64,000 nt of DNA from an uncultured Solirubrobacteraceae bacterium (GTDB lineage Bacteria; Actinomycetota; Thermoleophilia; Solirubrobacterales; Solirubrobacteraceae). The DNA lies in contig CAVTBW010000006.1 of NCBI GenBank assembly GCA_963733115.1, positions 4,405-68,404 on the forward strand. The letters run 5' to 3'. Made by a program: the position numbers and the translations under genes. Within the stretch, counting starts at the first letter, position 1; each line of letters begins with the position of its first letter. Below, in pieces: positions 44,637 to 58,033 of the stretch. The notes beneath the pieces are model-generated. The model worked only from the letters and a program-made list of their open reading frames with translations. It was not told the DNA's origin and ran no database searches.

Positions 44637-45850
44637 AAGTTCATCTCCTGCTTGAGGTTTTCATCGATCGAGGAGAGGAACTCCTCGGTGCTCTGCCACT
44701 CCTGCTCCGGACCGACGAGCAGCGCAAGATCCTTCGTCATCTTGCCGCTTTCGACGGTCTCCACGCAGACACGCTCGAGCGTCCGCGCGAACTCGCTGAC
44801 CTCGGGTGTGCCGTCCATCCGCCCGCGCGCCTCGAGGCCGCGCGTCCACGCGAAGATCGACGCGATCGGGTTCGTCGAGGTCGGCTTGCCCTGCTGGTGC
44901 AGACGGTAGTGACGCGTAACCGTGCCGTGCGCGGCCTCCGCCTCGACCGTCTTGCCGTCGGCGGTCATCAGCACGCTCGTCATCAGCCCGAGCGAGCCGA
45001 AGCCCTGCGCGACGGTGTCCGACTGCACGTCGCCGTCGTAGTTCTTGCACGCCCACACGTAACCGCCCTCCCACTTCAGCGCGCTCGCGACCATGTCGTC
45101 GATCAGGCGGTGTTCGTAGGTGATCCCGGCGAGGTCGAAGTCCGTCTTGAACTCGGCCTCGAAGACCTCCTGGAAGATGTCTTTGAAGCGACCGTCGTAC
45201 TTTTTGAGGATCGTGTTCTTCGTCGACATGTACACCGGGTAGCGACGCTCGAGGCCGTAGCGCAGCGACGCGCGTGCGAAGTCGCGAATCGAATCGTCGA
45301 GGTTGTACATCGCCATCGCGATGCCGCTGCCCGGGAAGTCGTAGACGTCGAGCTCGATCGGCTCGCCGCCGTCCTTCGGCGTGAACGTCAGCGTCAGCGT
45401 GCCCTCACCGGGCACGAGCATGTCGGTCGCGCGGTACTGGTCGCCGAACGCGTGGCGGCCGATCACGATCGGCTTCGTCCAGCCGGGCACGAGGCGCGGC
45501 ACGTTCGAGATGACGATCGGCTCGCGGAAGATCACGCCGCCGAGGATGTTGCGGATCGTGCCGTTCGGCGAGCGGTACATCTGCTTCAGGCCGAACTCCT
45601 CGACACGCGCCTCGTCGGGCGTGATCGTCGCGCACTTCACGCCGACGCCGTACTGCTTGATCGCTTCGGCCGCCTGCACCGTGATGCGGTCCTCGCTGGC
45701 GTCGCGGCTCTCGATCCCGAGATCGAAGTACTTCAGCTCGACGTCGAGGTACGGGACGATCAGCTGGTCCTTGATGAACGACCAGATGATCCTTGTCATC
45801 TCGTCGCCGTCGAGGTCGACGATCGGGTTCTTCACCGTGATCTTGGGCAT
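44633..45850 (-). CDS. icd: NADP-dependent isocitrate dehydrogenase
   Basis: [48 protein letters not shown]. Confidence 0.97.
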   Translation of the reverse strand: MPKITVKNPIVDLDGDEMTRIIWSFIKDQLIVPYLDVELKYFDLGIESRDASEDRITVQAAEAIKQYGVGVKCATITPDEARVEEFGLKQMYRSPNGTIRNILGGVIFREPIVISNVPRLVPGWTKPIVIGRHAFGDQYRATDMLVPGEGTLTLTFTPKDGGEPIELDVYDFPGSGIAMAMYNLDDSIRDFARASLRYGLERRYPVYMSTKNTILKKYDGRFKDIFQEVFEAEFKTDFDLAGITYEHRLIDDMVASALKWEGGYVWACKNYDGDVQSDTVAQGFGSLGLMTSVLMTADGKTVEAEAAHGTVTRHYRLHQQGKPTSTNPIASIFAWTRGLEARGRMDGTPEVSEFARTLERVCVETVESGKMTKDLALLVGPEQEWQSTEEFLSSIDENLKQEMNL

Positions 45851-46013
45851 GGCTCTCAGTCCTTCGCGGAGTCGCTGGCGGGGTCGCCGATGCTATCGAC
45901 CGGCGCGAGCGCGCCAAGCGACCGCCGGACGACCGCCGGACGGTTCCCGCGCACGCTCGATCATCCGGCGGAGCGGCGCGGCGAGCGCACGCCGCAGCGC
46001 GCGGCGACGCGCG

Positions 46014-47129
46014 TCAGCCGTTCCAGTTCGCCTGCGAGCCGTGCGCGACGAGCACCGTCGAGCGCCCGCCGGCGAACGGCAGCGTCGCGACGCGGCCTTC
46101 AGAGGCCGGTCCCTCGAAACCGCCTTCGTTGACGAGCAGCGTGCTGCCGTCGGCTGAGATCCCGGCCGCCTGCAGCGGCAGCCGCACGCTGTGCGGCGTC
46201 AGGCGTCGCGCGCGCCCGGAGGCGACCTGCACGGTCCAGGCTTCGCTCGTGTCCTGGCCGACGAACTGCGCGAGCAGCCTGCTGCCGTCGGCCGAGAACG
46301 CGAGCGGCATCAGCCCGGAGACGAGCGAGCGCACGCGGATGTTCGTCAGGCGACGCGTCGCGCCGCTCGGCGCGCGCAGCCAGATCTGGTAGACGGGCGC
46401 GTCCTGGCGGCGCGGGCGCTCGCGGTCGTAGGCGATCCCGCTCGACCCCCAAACGGGGAACAGGCTGCGCCCGTCGCGCGTCAGCGCGACCGTGCCCGAG
46501 CCGTCGGCGCCGCTGCGGTAGACGTTGACGCGCGCGTTCGGCGAGTCGCTCGCGGCCAGGCCGTAGACGACTTCGTCGCTCCCGTTCGGCGCGAAGCTCG
46601 CACCGAGCAGCTGCCCGTGCGCGATCACCTTCGCGGTGCCGGTCATCGCGTCGACGATCGCGAGGCCCGAGCGTCGCGCGGGGTTCTTCAGCACCGTCGA
46701 GAGCACGTCGACGGCGAGGAACCGCCCGTCGCGCGACCACGCGAGCGGCTCGGTCGTTTCGCCCTTGAGGTTGAAGTACGTCTGTGTCGGCGTGCCGTTC
46801 GTCGAGTAGACCGCCAGCGCCGGTCCCGTTTCGCCGGTGCTCGCGCCGAACAGCGACGCGGCGACCTGCACGCCGTTCGGCGCGATCACGGGCGTGAAGC
46901 CGGTGCCGACGCGCGTGTTCTGCGTGCCGTCGGCGCGGATCGTCCAGACGACGGGCTGCGACGTGCCGGTCTGCTGAACGTAGGCGATCGTCGGCGTTTC
47001 GCTCGACGGCGCGATCGAGACGCCCGCCTGCGCGGCGCCGCCGAGCACGGCGCTGAGCACGAGCACGACGCTCGCGCCGACACCTGCGTAGAGAGCGCGC
47101 CGCCGGCGCGCACGGCCAAGTCCAATCAC
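46014..47129 (-). CDS. Secreted TolB-like beta-propeller protein
   Basis: Signal peptide ending AQA; repeated PD40-like motifs (APNG, WSRDG, FAPNG, FSADG, SADG). Confidence 0.75.
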   Translation of the reverse strand: MIGLGRARRRRALYAGVGASVVLVLSAVLGGAAQAGVSIAPSSETPTIAYVQQTGTSQPVVWTIRADGTQNTRVGTGFTPVIAPNGVQVAASLFGASTGETGPALAVYSTNGTPTQTYFNLKGETTEPLAWSRDGRFLAVDVLSTVLKNPARRSGLAIVDAMTGTAKVIAHGQLLGASFAPNGSDEVVYGLAASDSPNARVNVYRSGADGSGTVALTRDGRSLFPVWGSSGIAYDRERPRRQDAPVYQIWLRAPSGATRRLTNIRVRSLVSGLMPLAFSADGSRLLAQFVGQDTSEAWTVQVASGRARRLTPHSVRLPLQAAGISADGSTLLVNEGGFEGPASEGRVATLPFAGGRSTVLVAHGSQANWNG

Positions 47130-47276
47130 GATGCTCCCCCCGTTCGTGCTCCCCCCGCTCGCATCTGCGCAAGGTACCCGGCGGCGCCGACGGCAAGCTC
47201 GTGCATGTCGCGAGGCGGCGGACTCGCCGCACGTCGCGAACGCCACGAGCGGCGCTTCCGCCTCTAGACTGTCCGC

Positions 47277-48989
47277 ATGGCCAGCACGCTGCCGCGAGCC
47301 GAGTCGCAAGAGGCGCCGTGGAGGACGCACACGGTCTTCAACCAGCCGCCGCCGCTGGAGGGCGTCGACGTGTTCTCGAGCAACGCGGCGCTCGTCGAGG
47401 CCGTGCAGCGCGAGGGCGCCGGCTGGGTGCGCGAGCGCGCGTCGGCGCTCGGACGCTTCGTCGGCGGCGAGCCGCAACAGGAATGGGGACGCCTCGCGAA
47501 CGAGAACAAGCCGGTCCTGCGGACGTTCGACCGTTACGGCAACCGCATCGACGAGGTCGAGTTCCATCCGGCCTGGCACCAGCTGATGCAGATGGGCGTC
47601 GAGCACGAGCTGCACTCGCTGCCGTGGACGAGCTCCGAGCCGTTCGCGCACACCGCGCGCGCGGCGCTGTACATGACCGCGATGCAGGCCGAGGCCGGCT
47701 TCTGCTGCCCGATCACGATGACCTTCGCCGTCGTGCCGGCGCTGCGCGCGCAGCCCGAGCTCGCGGCCGAGTGGGAGCCGCTCGTCACCGCGACGAGCTA
47801 CGACCCGCGGCTGATCCCCGCCGGCGAGAAGGGCAGCGCGATCTGCGGCATGGCGATGACCGAGAAGCAGGGCGGCTCGGACGTGCGCGCGAACACGACG
47901 GTCGCGCCGCCCGTTGGACGGCGGCGGCGCCGGCGCCGAGTACGAGATCATCGGCCACAAGTGGTTCTGCTCGGCGCCGATGTCCGACATCTTCCTCGTG
48001 CTCGCGCAGACCGACGAGGGCCTCTCGTGCTTCCTGCTGCCGCGCGTCCTGCCCGACGGCACGCGCAACGCGTTTCACATCCAGCGCCTGAAGGACAAGC
48101 TCGGCAACCACTCGAACGCGTCCTGCGAGATCGAGCTCCACGGCGCCTGGGCGCGGATGGTCGGCGAGCCCGGCCGCGGCGTGCCGACGATCATCGAGAT
48201 GGTCGGCCACACGCGCCTGGACTGCGTGATCGGCGCGGCCGCCGGCATGCGCAGCGGGCGTCGTCGAGCGCGACCCACCACACGGCGCACCGCCAGGCGT
48301 TCGGCAAGCTGCTGATCGACCAGCCGCTGATGCGCAACGTGCTCGCCGACCTGTGCGTCGAGTCCGAGGCGGCGACGGCGCTCGCGATGCGCCTCGCCCG
48401 CGCCTACGACGAGGCCGCGACGCGGACGCCGGCGCGCCGGACGAGCAGACGAGACCGACGCGCAGCTGTTCAAGCGGCTCGCGACGGCCGTCGGCAAGTA
48501 CTGGGTGTGCAAGCGCGCTCCGAACCACGCGTTCGAGGCGATCGAGTGCTTCGGCGGCGACGGCTACGTCGAGGAGTCGGGCATGCCGCGCCTCTACCGC
48601 GAGGCGCCGCTGGCGTCGATCTGGGAGGGGTCGGGCAACGTGATGAGCCTCGACGTGCTGCGCGCGCTGCACGCGACGCCGCGCGCGCTCGAGGTGTTCC
48701 TCGCCGAGGTCGAGCAGGCGAGCGGCGCCGACGCGCGCCTCGACGCGCGCGTCGCGGAGCCTGAAGCGACGCTTCGAGCGACCCGGCGACGCTCGAGGCG
48801 CGCGCGCGGCGCGTCGTCGAAGACATGGCGCTCTGCCTGCAGGGCTCGCTGCTCGTGCGCCACGCGCCGCCGGCGGTCGCCGACGCGTTCTGCGCCTCGC
48901 GCCTCGGCGAGGACGGCGGCCTCGAGTACGGCACGCTGCCCGGCGGGCAGCGACTTCGACGCGATCATCGCGCGCCACGCCTGCCCTGA
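47277..48989 (+). CDS. aidB: AidB-like acyl-CoA dehydrogenase (frameshifted)
   Basis: VFNQPPPL, DEVEFHPAWH, MTEKQGGSDV, GHKWFCSAPMSD, SIWEGSGNV. Confidence 0.9.
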
Positions 48990-49050
48990 CGTAGACGCCG
49001 CTGAGCGCGCTGGCGCTCGCGGCTCGCGCCGCCCTACCATTGAGTATGGC

Positions 49051-50207
49051 ATGGCGCCGCGCACGAACTTCCAGCTCGCGCGCATCTTCGGCATCCGGAT
49101 CGGCGTCGGCGTCAGCTGGTTCCTCGTCCTCTTCCTCTTCATCTTCATCTTCACGCCGGTACTTCCACGAAGTGCTCGGCGGCTCGCACACGACCGCCTA
49201 CCTCGTCGCCGTCGCGCGGTGCTGTCGTTCTTCGTCTCGCTGATCCTGCACGAGCTCGGCCACGCGCTCGTCGCGCGCCGCAACGGCCTGCAGGTCGCCG
49301 GGATCGACCTGTGGGCGCTCGGCGGGATCACGCGGATCGAGCGAGGCGCAGACGCCCGGGCGTCGAGTTCCGGGTCGCCGCCGCCGGGCCCGCTCGTGAC
49401 GCTCGCGCGTGATCGTCGTCTGCGTCGCTCGCCGGCGGCCTCGCGTCGGCAGCGGCCACTTCTTCGACGCGGCGCTCGGCAGCGAAGGCGTGCACACGAC
49501 GCCGGCGCTCGTCTGGCTGAGCTGGCTCGCGACGATCAACGTGCTCGTGCTCGTCTTCAACCTGATCCCGGCCTTCCCGCTCGACGGCAGGCAGATCGCG
49601 CAGGCGATCATCTGGTGGCTCACGGGCGACCGCAACCGCGCGACGCACGCGTCACCGGCCGCGCCGGGCAGGGCTTCGCGCTGCTGCTCGGGCTGCTCGG
49701 CCTCTGGCGCGCTGGCCACGCGGCGACGACTCGCTCGGGCTCTGCTCGCTGCTGCTCGCCTTCTTCCTCTACCAGGCGGCCGGCGCGGCGGTCGCTGCAG
49801 GGCGCCTCGGCAAGCGCATCCAGGCTCACGGTCGCCGACATCATGGACCGCGAGCCCGTGACGATCCCGGCGACTGCGACGCTGCTCGACGCGCAGGAGC
49901 AGTTCTTCCTGCGCTACCGCTGGCCGTGGTTCGCGGTCGTCGACCCGACGCGCCACTTCCTCGGCGTCGTGCGCGCGCAGCGCCTCGACGCCGAGATCGC
50001 GGCCGGACGACCGGCGCTGCCGGTGACCGACGTGCTCGAGGAGGACGACTGCCGGTGCGGATCGACGAGGACGAGCCGCTCGAATCGCTGCTCGGCTCCG
50101 AAGGCGCTCGGCCGCTGGGGGCGATGGTCGCGGTCGACGGCGACGGCGTGCTGCAGGGCGTCGTCACGCTCGCGCAGATCCGCCAGGCGCTGCGCGCTGC
50201 GACCTGA
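49051..50207 (+). CDS. M50 site-2 protease with CBS domains (frameshifted)
   Basis: ILHELGHA (HExxH), FNLIPAFPLDG, TVADIM. Confidence 0.9.
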
Positions 50208-50285
50208 GCCGGCGCGGCTCGAGCGCGCGCGCGTTATAGAGTCCCCGGCGCAGCGCCCCCTCCCCCACGCATCACCCAGAGAGCC

Positions 50286-52000
50286 ATGCCAGCACACGAC
50301 GTACTGATCATCGGCGCCGGCCTCGCCGGCCAGCGCGCGGCGCTGGCGGCGGCGCGAGCAGGGCGCGAGCGTGGCGATCATGAGCAAGGTCCACCCGGTG
50401 CGCTCGCACTCGGTGGCGGCCGCCGGCGGCATCAACGCGGCGATCAGCGTCGACGACGACTGGCGCTCGCACGCCTACGACACGGTCAAGGGCTCGGACT
50501 TCCTCGGCGACCAGGACGCGATCGAAGTCATGTGCTCGGAGGCGCCCGGCGAGGTCATGCACCTCGAGCACATCGGCGTCACCTTCCACCGCAACGAGCA
50601 AGGGCGAGCTGGACCTGCGCGCGTTCGGCGGCGCGTCGATGAAGCGCACGGCGTACGTCGCCGACATCACCGGCCAGGCGATCCTGCACGTGCTCTACGA
50701 GCAGCTGATGAAGCACCACGAGACGGTCGACCGCTACGAGGAGTGGTTCACGACCTCGCTGCTGCAGCGACGAGGACGGCGCGCTGCTGCGGCGTGATCG
50801 CGCGCGACGTGCGCAGCGGGCGGCATGGAGGCGTTCACGGCGAAGAACGTGATCCTCGCCTGCGGCGGCGCCGGCCAGGCCTACAAGCCGACGACCAACG
50901 GCCTGATCGTGACCGGCGACGGGATCGCGCTGGCCTACCGCGCTGGGCGCGCCGCTGATGGACATGGAGATGGTCCAGTACCACCCGACGTGCGCTCGTC
51001 GAGACCGGCATCCTGATCACCGAGGGCGCGCGCGGCGAGGGCGCGCACCTGCTCAACTCCGAGGGCGAGCGCTTCATGGAGAAGTACGGCGCCGAACAAG
51101 ATGGAGCTCGCCTCGCGCGACGTCGTCTCGCGCGCCGAGCAGATCGAGATCCACGAGGGCCGCGGCGTCGGGCCCGGCGGCGACGGCATCTACCTCGACG
51201 TCACGGTGGTGCCGCGCAAGCGCACGCTCGAGGCGCTGCGCGAGATCGTCAACCTCGGCCGGGACTTCGCCGGCGTGGACATCACGCGCGAACCGATCAT
51301 GATCCGCCCCGGCCAGCACTACATCATGGGCGGCGTCAAGACCGACGTCGACGGCGCGCACGCCGATCGAGGGGCTCTACGCGGCCGGCGAGGTCGCGTG
51401 CGTGTCGGTGCACGGCGGCAACCGCCTCGGCGCCAACTCGCTGCTCGACACGCTGATCTTCGGCCGCCGCGCCGGCGAGCACGCGGCCGGCGCGCGCGGC
51501 GGGCATGCCGATGCCCGAGCGTCGACGCCGACGCGCAGCTGCGCGCGCGACGCCGAGCGATGATCGACGCGATCATCGCGCGCCCGCGCGACGGGCCGGC
51601 GCGTCTCGGAGATCAAGAACGAGCTCGGCGAGACGATGAACCAGCTACGTCGCGGTGTTCCGCGACGAGGAGGGGCTGCAGACGCGCGCTGCGAGACGAT
51701 CGCGCGCCTGCGCGAGGAGGCCGAGCAGCGCCTGGATCGACGACCGCGGCACGGTCTTCAACCAGGACGTGCTCGGCGCGATCGAGCTCGGCTACATGCT
51801 CGACTGCGCCGAGGCGACCGTGCGTCGGCGCGATCGAGCGCAAGGAGTCGCGCGGCGCGCAGTTCCGCACCGACTACCCCGAGCGCAACGACGAGGAGTG
51901 GCTGAAGCACATCGACATCACGCTCGGCGCGGACGGGCCCGAGGTCAGCTACTCGCCGGTCACGATCACCCAGTGGCAGCCCGAGGAGAGGAAATACTGA
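50286..52000 (+). CDS. sdhA: Succinate dehydrogenase/fumarate reductase flavoprotein (frameshifted)
   Basis: [52 protein letters not shown]. Confidence 0.95.
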
Positions 52001-53203
52001 TGGCCGAGACGCAAGCGACGCGAGCCGCCACGACGCCCCGAGCAGTTCACGCTGAGGCTGCGCCGCTACGACCCGGAGTCCGGCGAGGCGCCCTACTGGG
52101 ACGAGCACACGGTCGAGCTCGAGCCGCACCGCTCGGTGCTCGAGGCGATCCTGCAGGCGCGCGACCGCTTCGACGGCTCGATCGGCATCCGCTGCTCCTG
52201 CCGCGCAGGCGATCTGCGGCTCCTGCGGCGTGCGCATCAACGGCGAGCCGGCGCTCGCCTGCCACACGCACCTCGACGCGCGCGCTGCCGCGGCGCGCGC
52301 GCGACGGCGTGATCGAGATCGAGCCGATGGGCAACATGCCGGTGATCAAGGACCTGATCGTCGACATGGACGCGGTCCACTGGAAGAAGGTCCAGCGCGT
52401 CACGCCGTGGCTGATCGCCAAGCAGCCGGTGCCCGAGCGCGAGTACATCGTGCCGCGCGAGAGCATGGTCGACGTCACGCAGACGATGGCGTGCATCCAG
52501 TGCGGCGCGTGCGTCTCGGACTGCCTGGCGATGGAGGTCGACCCGGGCTTCATCGGCCCGGCGGCGCTCGCGAAGGCCTACCGCTTCGTCGGCGACCCGC
52601 GCGACGACCAGCAGTTCGAGCGCCTCAACGACCTCGCCGCAGGACCCGCAGGGGATCTTCGACTGCACGCACTGCTTCAAGTGCGTGCAGGCGTGCCCGA
52701 AGGACGTCAACCCGATGGGCCAGATCATGCGCCTGCGGCGGATCGCGACGACCGACCAGCACATCGTCGACCCGAACAACGGCGAGCGCCACGAGGCGGC
52801 GTTCACGACGCTGGTCACGCGACTACGGCCTGCTGCGCGAGGCCGAGCTGCTGCCGCGCTCCTACGGCGGCAACTCGTGGTTCGGCAAGTTCCACCCGGC
52901 CGCCGGCAAGGAGCTGCTCTCGCTCGCTGCCGGTCGATCGCTGAAGGGCGCTGCTGCGCGGCAAGGTCGACGCCGACTCGGCGCGCTCGGACCACACAGC
53001 ATCCCGCAGGCCGACCTGCAAGAGCGTGCAGCGCGATCTACGACAAGATCGAGGAGCCGCGACCGCCGAGCGCTACGAGCTGAACCTGTACGTGCGTCGG
53101 CGAGGACGAAGAGCGAGCCGCGACGCGCGGCGGCGGCGCGCAGGCGGCGCGCCGACGGCAGCGCGAGCGCCGCGCAGGCGGCGAGGAGGAGGCGACGAGC
53201 TGA
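52000..53203 (+). CDS. sdhB: SDH iron-sulfur subunit with a C-terminal extension (frameshifted)
   Basis: CSCR..ICGSC, CIQCGACVSDC, DCTHCFKCVQACPK. Confidence 0.93.
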
Positions 53204-54112
53204 TGAAGGTCGCCTACTGGCCCGGCTGCGTGAGCCGCGGCTTCACGCCCGAGCTGCACGGCTCGATGGCGAAGGTCGCGCCGCTGCTCGACATCGAGCT
53301 GGTCGAGCTCGACCGCGCGTGCTGCAGCGGCGCGGGCGTGATCGCCGAGCACAACCAGGAGCTCGCCGACACGCTCAACGCGCGCACCTTCGCGCTCGCG
53401 CAGCAGGTCGAGGGCGCGGAGCTGATGATGAACATCTGCTCGACCTGCCAGGGCGCGCAGAGCGAGTGCCAGGAGCGCCTGGACGCGAGCGCCGAGTACC
53501 GCGCGCACGTCAACGAGACGCTCGCCGGCGAGGGCCTCAGCTACGAGAAGGGCCTGACGAACAAGAACTTCCTCTGGCTGCTGGTCGAGGAGATCGGCCT
53601 CGACGAGCTGCGCGCGCGCGTCAAGCGCCCGCTCACGAACCTCAAGGTCGGGCCCTTCTACGGCTGCTACATCGTGCGCCCGCGCGAGCGCCTGGGGATC
53701 GACGCCGAGCACCCGCGCGACCACTACCTGCGAGCAGGTGATCGAGGCGCTCGGCGGCACCGTGATCGACTACGCGGGCATGCGCAAGTGCTGCGGCTTC
53801 CCGATCATCACGATGAACAAGGAGGCCTCGCTGAAGCAGGCCGGGCGCCACCTCGGCGACGCGGTCGACGCCGAAGCCGACTGCCTCGTGACGCCGTGCC
53901 CGCTGTGCCACCTGAACCTCGACCTGCAGCAGCCGCTCGCCGAAGGCGTCGTCGGCCGCGAGCTGGGCATGCCGGTGCTGCACCTGCCGCAGCTGCGTCG
54001 GCCTCGCGCTCGGGCCTCGAGCCCGAAGGAGCTCGGCCTGAGCCGCCACGTCGTCGAGCCGACCTCGGTGATCGACTGGTCGACGTCGGTGGTCGCGGCG
54101 GCGAGCGCCTGA
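53203..54112 (+). CDS. HdrB-like CCG-domain subunit (type E SDH anchor), frameshifted
   Basis: YWPGC, CCSGAG, CSTC, FYGCYIVRP, KCCGF, TPCPLCHLNLD; TGATG overlap with sdhB. Confidence 0.9.
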
Positions 54113-54160
54113 GCGGCGCGCGCGGCTCGTCGCGCGCGCCGACGCGCTAGGCTCAGCGCC

Positions 54161-55247
54161 GTGCGCATCCTCACGGTCGTCGGCAACCGGCCGCAGTTCA
54201 TCAAGGCCGCGGCGGTCTCGGGCCTGCTGCGCGAGCGCGCACGAGGAGGTCCTCGTGCACACCGGCCAGCACTACGACGACTCGCTCTCGCGCGTCTTCT
54301 TCGAGCGAGCTCGGCCTCGCGCGGCCCGACCGCGAGCTGGGCATCGCGCGGCGGCACGAACACGCTCGCAGACCGCGCGCATGCTCGCGGCGCTCGAGCC
54401 GCTGCTCGACGAGCTCGCGCCCGACGCGGTGCTCGTCTACGGCGACACCAACTCGACGCTCGCCGGCGCGCTCGCCGCGGCGCAGGCGCGGCCTGCCGGT
54501 GGTCCACGTCGAGGCGGGCATGCGCTCGTTCGACCGCGCGATGCCGGAGGAGCTCAACCGCGTGCTCACCGACCACCTCGCGACGCTGCTGCTGTGCCCT
54601 CGGAGGCGGCCGCGGAGAACCTGCGCGCGCGAGGCGCGTCGCCGGGCAGCGATCGAGGTGGTGGGCGACGTGATGGTCGACGTCGCGCTGCGCTGGCAGC
54701 CGTCGGCGCGCGCCGACGACGCGGCGCTCGCGGCGCTACGGCGTCGAGCCGGGCGACTACCTGCTGCTGACGGCGCACCGCGCCGGCAACGTCGACGCCC
54801 CGGAGCGCCTGCGCGCGCTCGTCGAGCTGATCGCAGGCGCTGCCCGGGTCCGGTCGCTGCTTCCCGCTGCACCCGCGCACGCGCGCGCGCCTGCTCGACG
54901 CGCGGGCTGCTCGAGCGACGCTCGCCGAGCGTCGACGGCGTGCGCCTCGACCGAGCCGCTCGGCTACGTCGAGTTCAGCGCGCTGCTCTGCCAGGCGCGC
55001 GCGGTCGCTCACCGACTCCGGCGGCGTCCAGAAGGAGGCGTACCTTGCCGGCGTGCCCTGCGTCACGCTGCGCGCCGAGCACCGAGTGGGTCGAGACGGT
55101 CGAGGCCGGCTGGAACACGCTCGTGGACCTCGACCGCGAGCGCCGCGCTGCGCGCGCTCGCAGCGCCCGCCGCCGAGCGAGCACCCGCAGCTCTACGGCG
55201 ACGGCCACGCGGCCGAGCGCTGCGTGCAGGCGATCGGCGAGCTGTGA
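54161..55247 (+). CDS. wecB: UDP-N-acetylglucosamine 2-epimerase (frameshifted)
   Basis: VGNRPQFIK, HTGQHYD, VYGDTNST, HVEAGMRS, TDSGGVQKEA. Confidence 0.93.
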
Positions 55248-55275
55248 CGCCGCACGCGCACCGGGGCGAGCCGCG

Positions 55276-56280
55276 ATGAGCGACGAGCGAGCTGGTGCGC
55301 GTCGGCGTCGCCGGCCTCGGCTACTGGGGGCCGAACCTCGCGCGCAACCTCGCGGCGATCCCCGGCTGCGAGCTGCGTGGCTCTGCGACGGCGTCCGCGG
55401 CGGCGCGCGAGAAGCTGCGCGCGCGTCGTTCCCGCAGGCGCGCAGACGGGCGACCTCGAGCGACCTCCTCGCCGACGACGAGCTCGACGCGGTCGTGCTC
55501 GCGACGCCGGTGCCCACGCACGCGGAGCTCGCGATCGCGGTGCTGCGCGCGCGGCAAGCACTGCTTCGTGGAGAAGCCGCTCGCGACAGACGCGCCGCGG
55601 ACGCCGAAGCGCGCCGTCGAGGCGGCCGCGCGGCGCGGCCGGATGCTGATGGTCGGGCACCTGCTCGAGTACCACCCGGCGGTCGCGCGCCTGAAGGAGC
55701 TGGTCGACGGCGGCGAGCTCGGCGACGCTCTACTACCTGTACGGCAACCGCGTGAACCTCGGCAAGCTGCGCGCCGACGAGAACGCGCTGTGGAGCCTCG
55801 GCGCGCACGACGTCTCGGTCGTGCTGCACCTGATCGGCGAGGAGCCCGGCGAGTGCGTCGCGCACGGCGCGTCCTACGTGCGCGAGGGCGTCGAGGACGT
55901 GGTCTTCTGCTACCTGCGCTTCCCCTCCGGGCATCGTCGCGCACCTGCACCTCTCCTGGCTCGACCCGCACAAGGAGCGGCGCATCACGGTCGTCGGCGC
56001 GCAAGCGCATGGCGACCTTCGACGACATGCTGCTCGAGGGCAAGCTCGACGCTCTACGACAAGGGCTTCGACGAGGACGCGCGCTCGTGGGGCGAGTACA
56101 TCGCGCGCTCGGGCGACATCTTCTCGCCGCGCCTCGCCAACGCCGAGCCGCTGCGCGTCGAGTGCGAGCACTTCGTCGAGTGCGTGCGCACCGGCACGCA
56201 CGCCGCGCTCGGACGGCGCGAGCGGGCTGCGCGTGGTGCGCGTGCTCGAGCGCCTGCAGCGCTCGCTCGAAGGCGCCTAG
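55276..56280 (+). CDS. Gfo/Idh/MocA oxidoreductase (frameshifted)
   Basis: GLGYWGPNLARN, FVEKPL, MVGHLLEYHP, WSLGAHD. Confidence 0.9.
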
Positions 56281-56512
56281 CGGACCGGCTCAGGCGAGGC
56301 GGTGCGCGACGCCGGCGCGCTTGCGCATGTCGACGCCTTCGACCGGCGGTTCGCGATGCACGCGTCGGTCGCACCTTCAACACCGGCCCGTGGAGGCGCC
56401 CGACACCCCGCAGGATGTAGGCGTCACGGGTGTGGTTGTACGTGAACACCGGCCAGAGCGCTGCAAGCAGTCGCTGGTCGACGTAGTGGCGAGGTCGTCT
56501 TACGGTGCGCAA
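56277..56512 (-). CDS. Small hypothetical protein (frameshifted)
   Basis: RHYVDQRLLAALWPVFTYNHTRDAYILRGVGRLHGPVLKVR. Confidence 0.5.
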
Positions 56513-56706
56513 TTTTCGTCAGCCTTGACTCGTTGAGCACGCAAAGTCTTGCACAAAGACCGTGACGAATGCCGAGCAAGTGAACGCTCTTCACACAGCT
56601 GCGCAGGCTTGTGCGGGTTTGCGTAGATCTGCGCGCGCGACGAGCGACGGGTTTGCCGGGCGCGAGCGACGGAGCGCCACGCGGCGAGCGCCGCGCCGTG
56701 ATCCGC

Positions 56707-57989
56707 TCAAGGATGAGCGGCCGGGCGCGCCTCGAACGGGTCCTCCTCGCCGATCGTGCCGGGCCCCGACAGCTCGAAGGCGCCGTGCAGGGCCTGCACG
56801 GCGCGTTCGACGCGATCGCGGTCGATCACGCACGAGATCTTGATCGGCGAGGTCGAGATCATGTCGATGTTGACGCCCTCGCTCGGCGAGCACGCCGAAC
56901 ACCTTCGCGGCGACGCCCGGGTGCGAGCGCATGCCGGCGCCGACGATCGAGACCTTGCCCATCTGCTCGTGCGTCGTCATCTCGTCGAAGGCGTCGCCGG
57001 CGAGCGGTTCGAGCGCGGCGCGCGCCGCGCGCAGGTCCTCGCGCGGGACCGTGAAGGAGATCTCCGCGCGGCCGCCGGCCGACGCGGGCTCGTTCTGCAC
57101 GATCATGTCGACGTTGATGTTCGCGTCGGCGAGCGCCTCGAAGATCCGCGCGGCCGCGCCGGGCTCGTCGGGCACGCCGAGCAGCGTGACGCGCGCCTCG
57201 GACGGTCGAGTGCGTCACGGCTGTGATCAGCGGTTGCTCCATCGTTTCTCCCTCTGCGACGCACAACGGTACCGGGCGCGTCGTCGAACGAGGAGCGGCA
57301 GTGGATCCGCACGCCGTGGTTGCGCGCGTACTCGACCGAGCGCAGCTGCAGCACGCCGGCTCCGGAGGCGGCCATCTCGAGCATCTCCTCGAAGGACACG
57401 CGTCGGCAGCTTGCGCGCGTCGGGCACGATCCGGGGGTCGGCCGTGTACACGCCGGCGACGTCGGTGTAGATCTCGCAGACCTCGGCGCCGAGCGCCGCC
57501 GCGACGGCGACGGCGGTCGTGTCCGAGCCGCCGCGGCCGAGCGTGGTGACGTTGCGAGCCGTGTGCGAGACGCCCTGGAAGCCGGCGACGAGCACGATCG
57601 TTGTCCTCGTCGAGCGCCGCCCTGATGCGGTCGGCGCGGACGTCGATGATGCGCGCCTTCGTGTGTGACTCGTCGGTCACGATGCCTGCCTGCGAGCCGG
57701 TCAGCGAGATCGCGCGGTGGCCGAGGTCGTTGATCGCCATCGCGCACAGCGCGCACGAGATCCGCTCGCCGGTCGACAGCAGCATGTCCATCTCGCGCGG
57801 GTCCGGCGCGTCGGAGACCTCCTCGGCCATCGCGATCAGCTCGTCGGTCGTCTTGCCGCGCGCCGAGAGCACCGCGACGACGCGGTGGCCCTGCTCGCGC
57901 TTGTCGACGATCCGCCGCGCGGCGCGCTTGATGCGCTCGGCGTCGGCGACGGAGGTGCCGCCGAACTTCATCACGACGATGTCGGACAT
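56707..57989 (-). CDS. lysC: Aspartate kinase (frameshifted)
   Basis: [29 protein letters not shown], two ACT domains. Confidence 0.96.
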
Positions 57990-58033
57990 GTCCCGCAGGA
58001 TATTGCCCGCCGCCGGGAGGCTGTGAACGCGCT

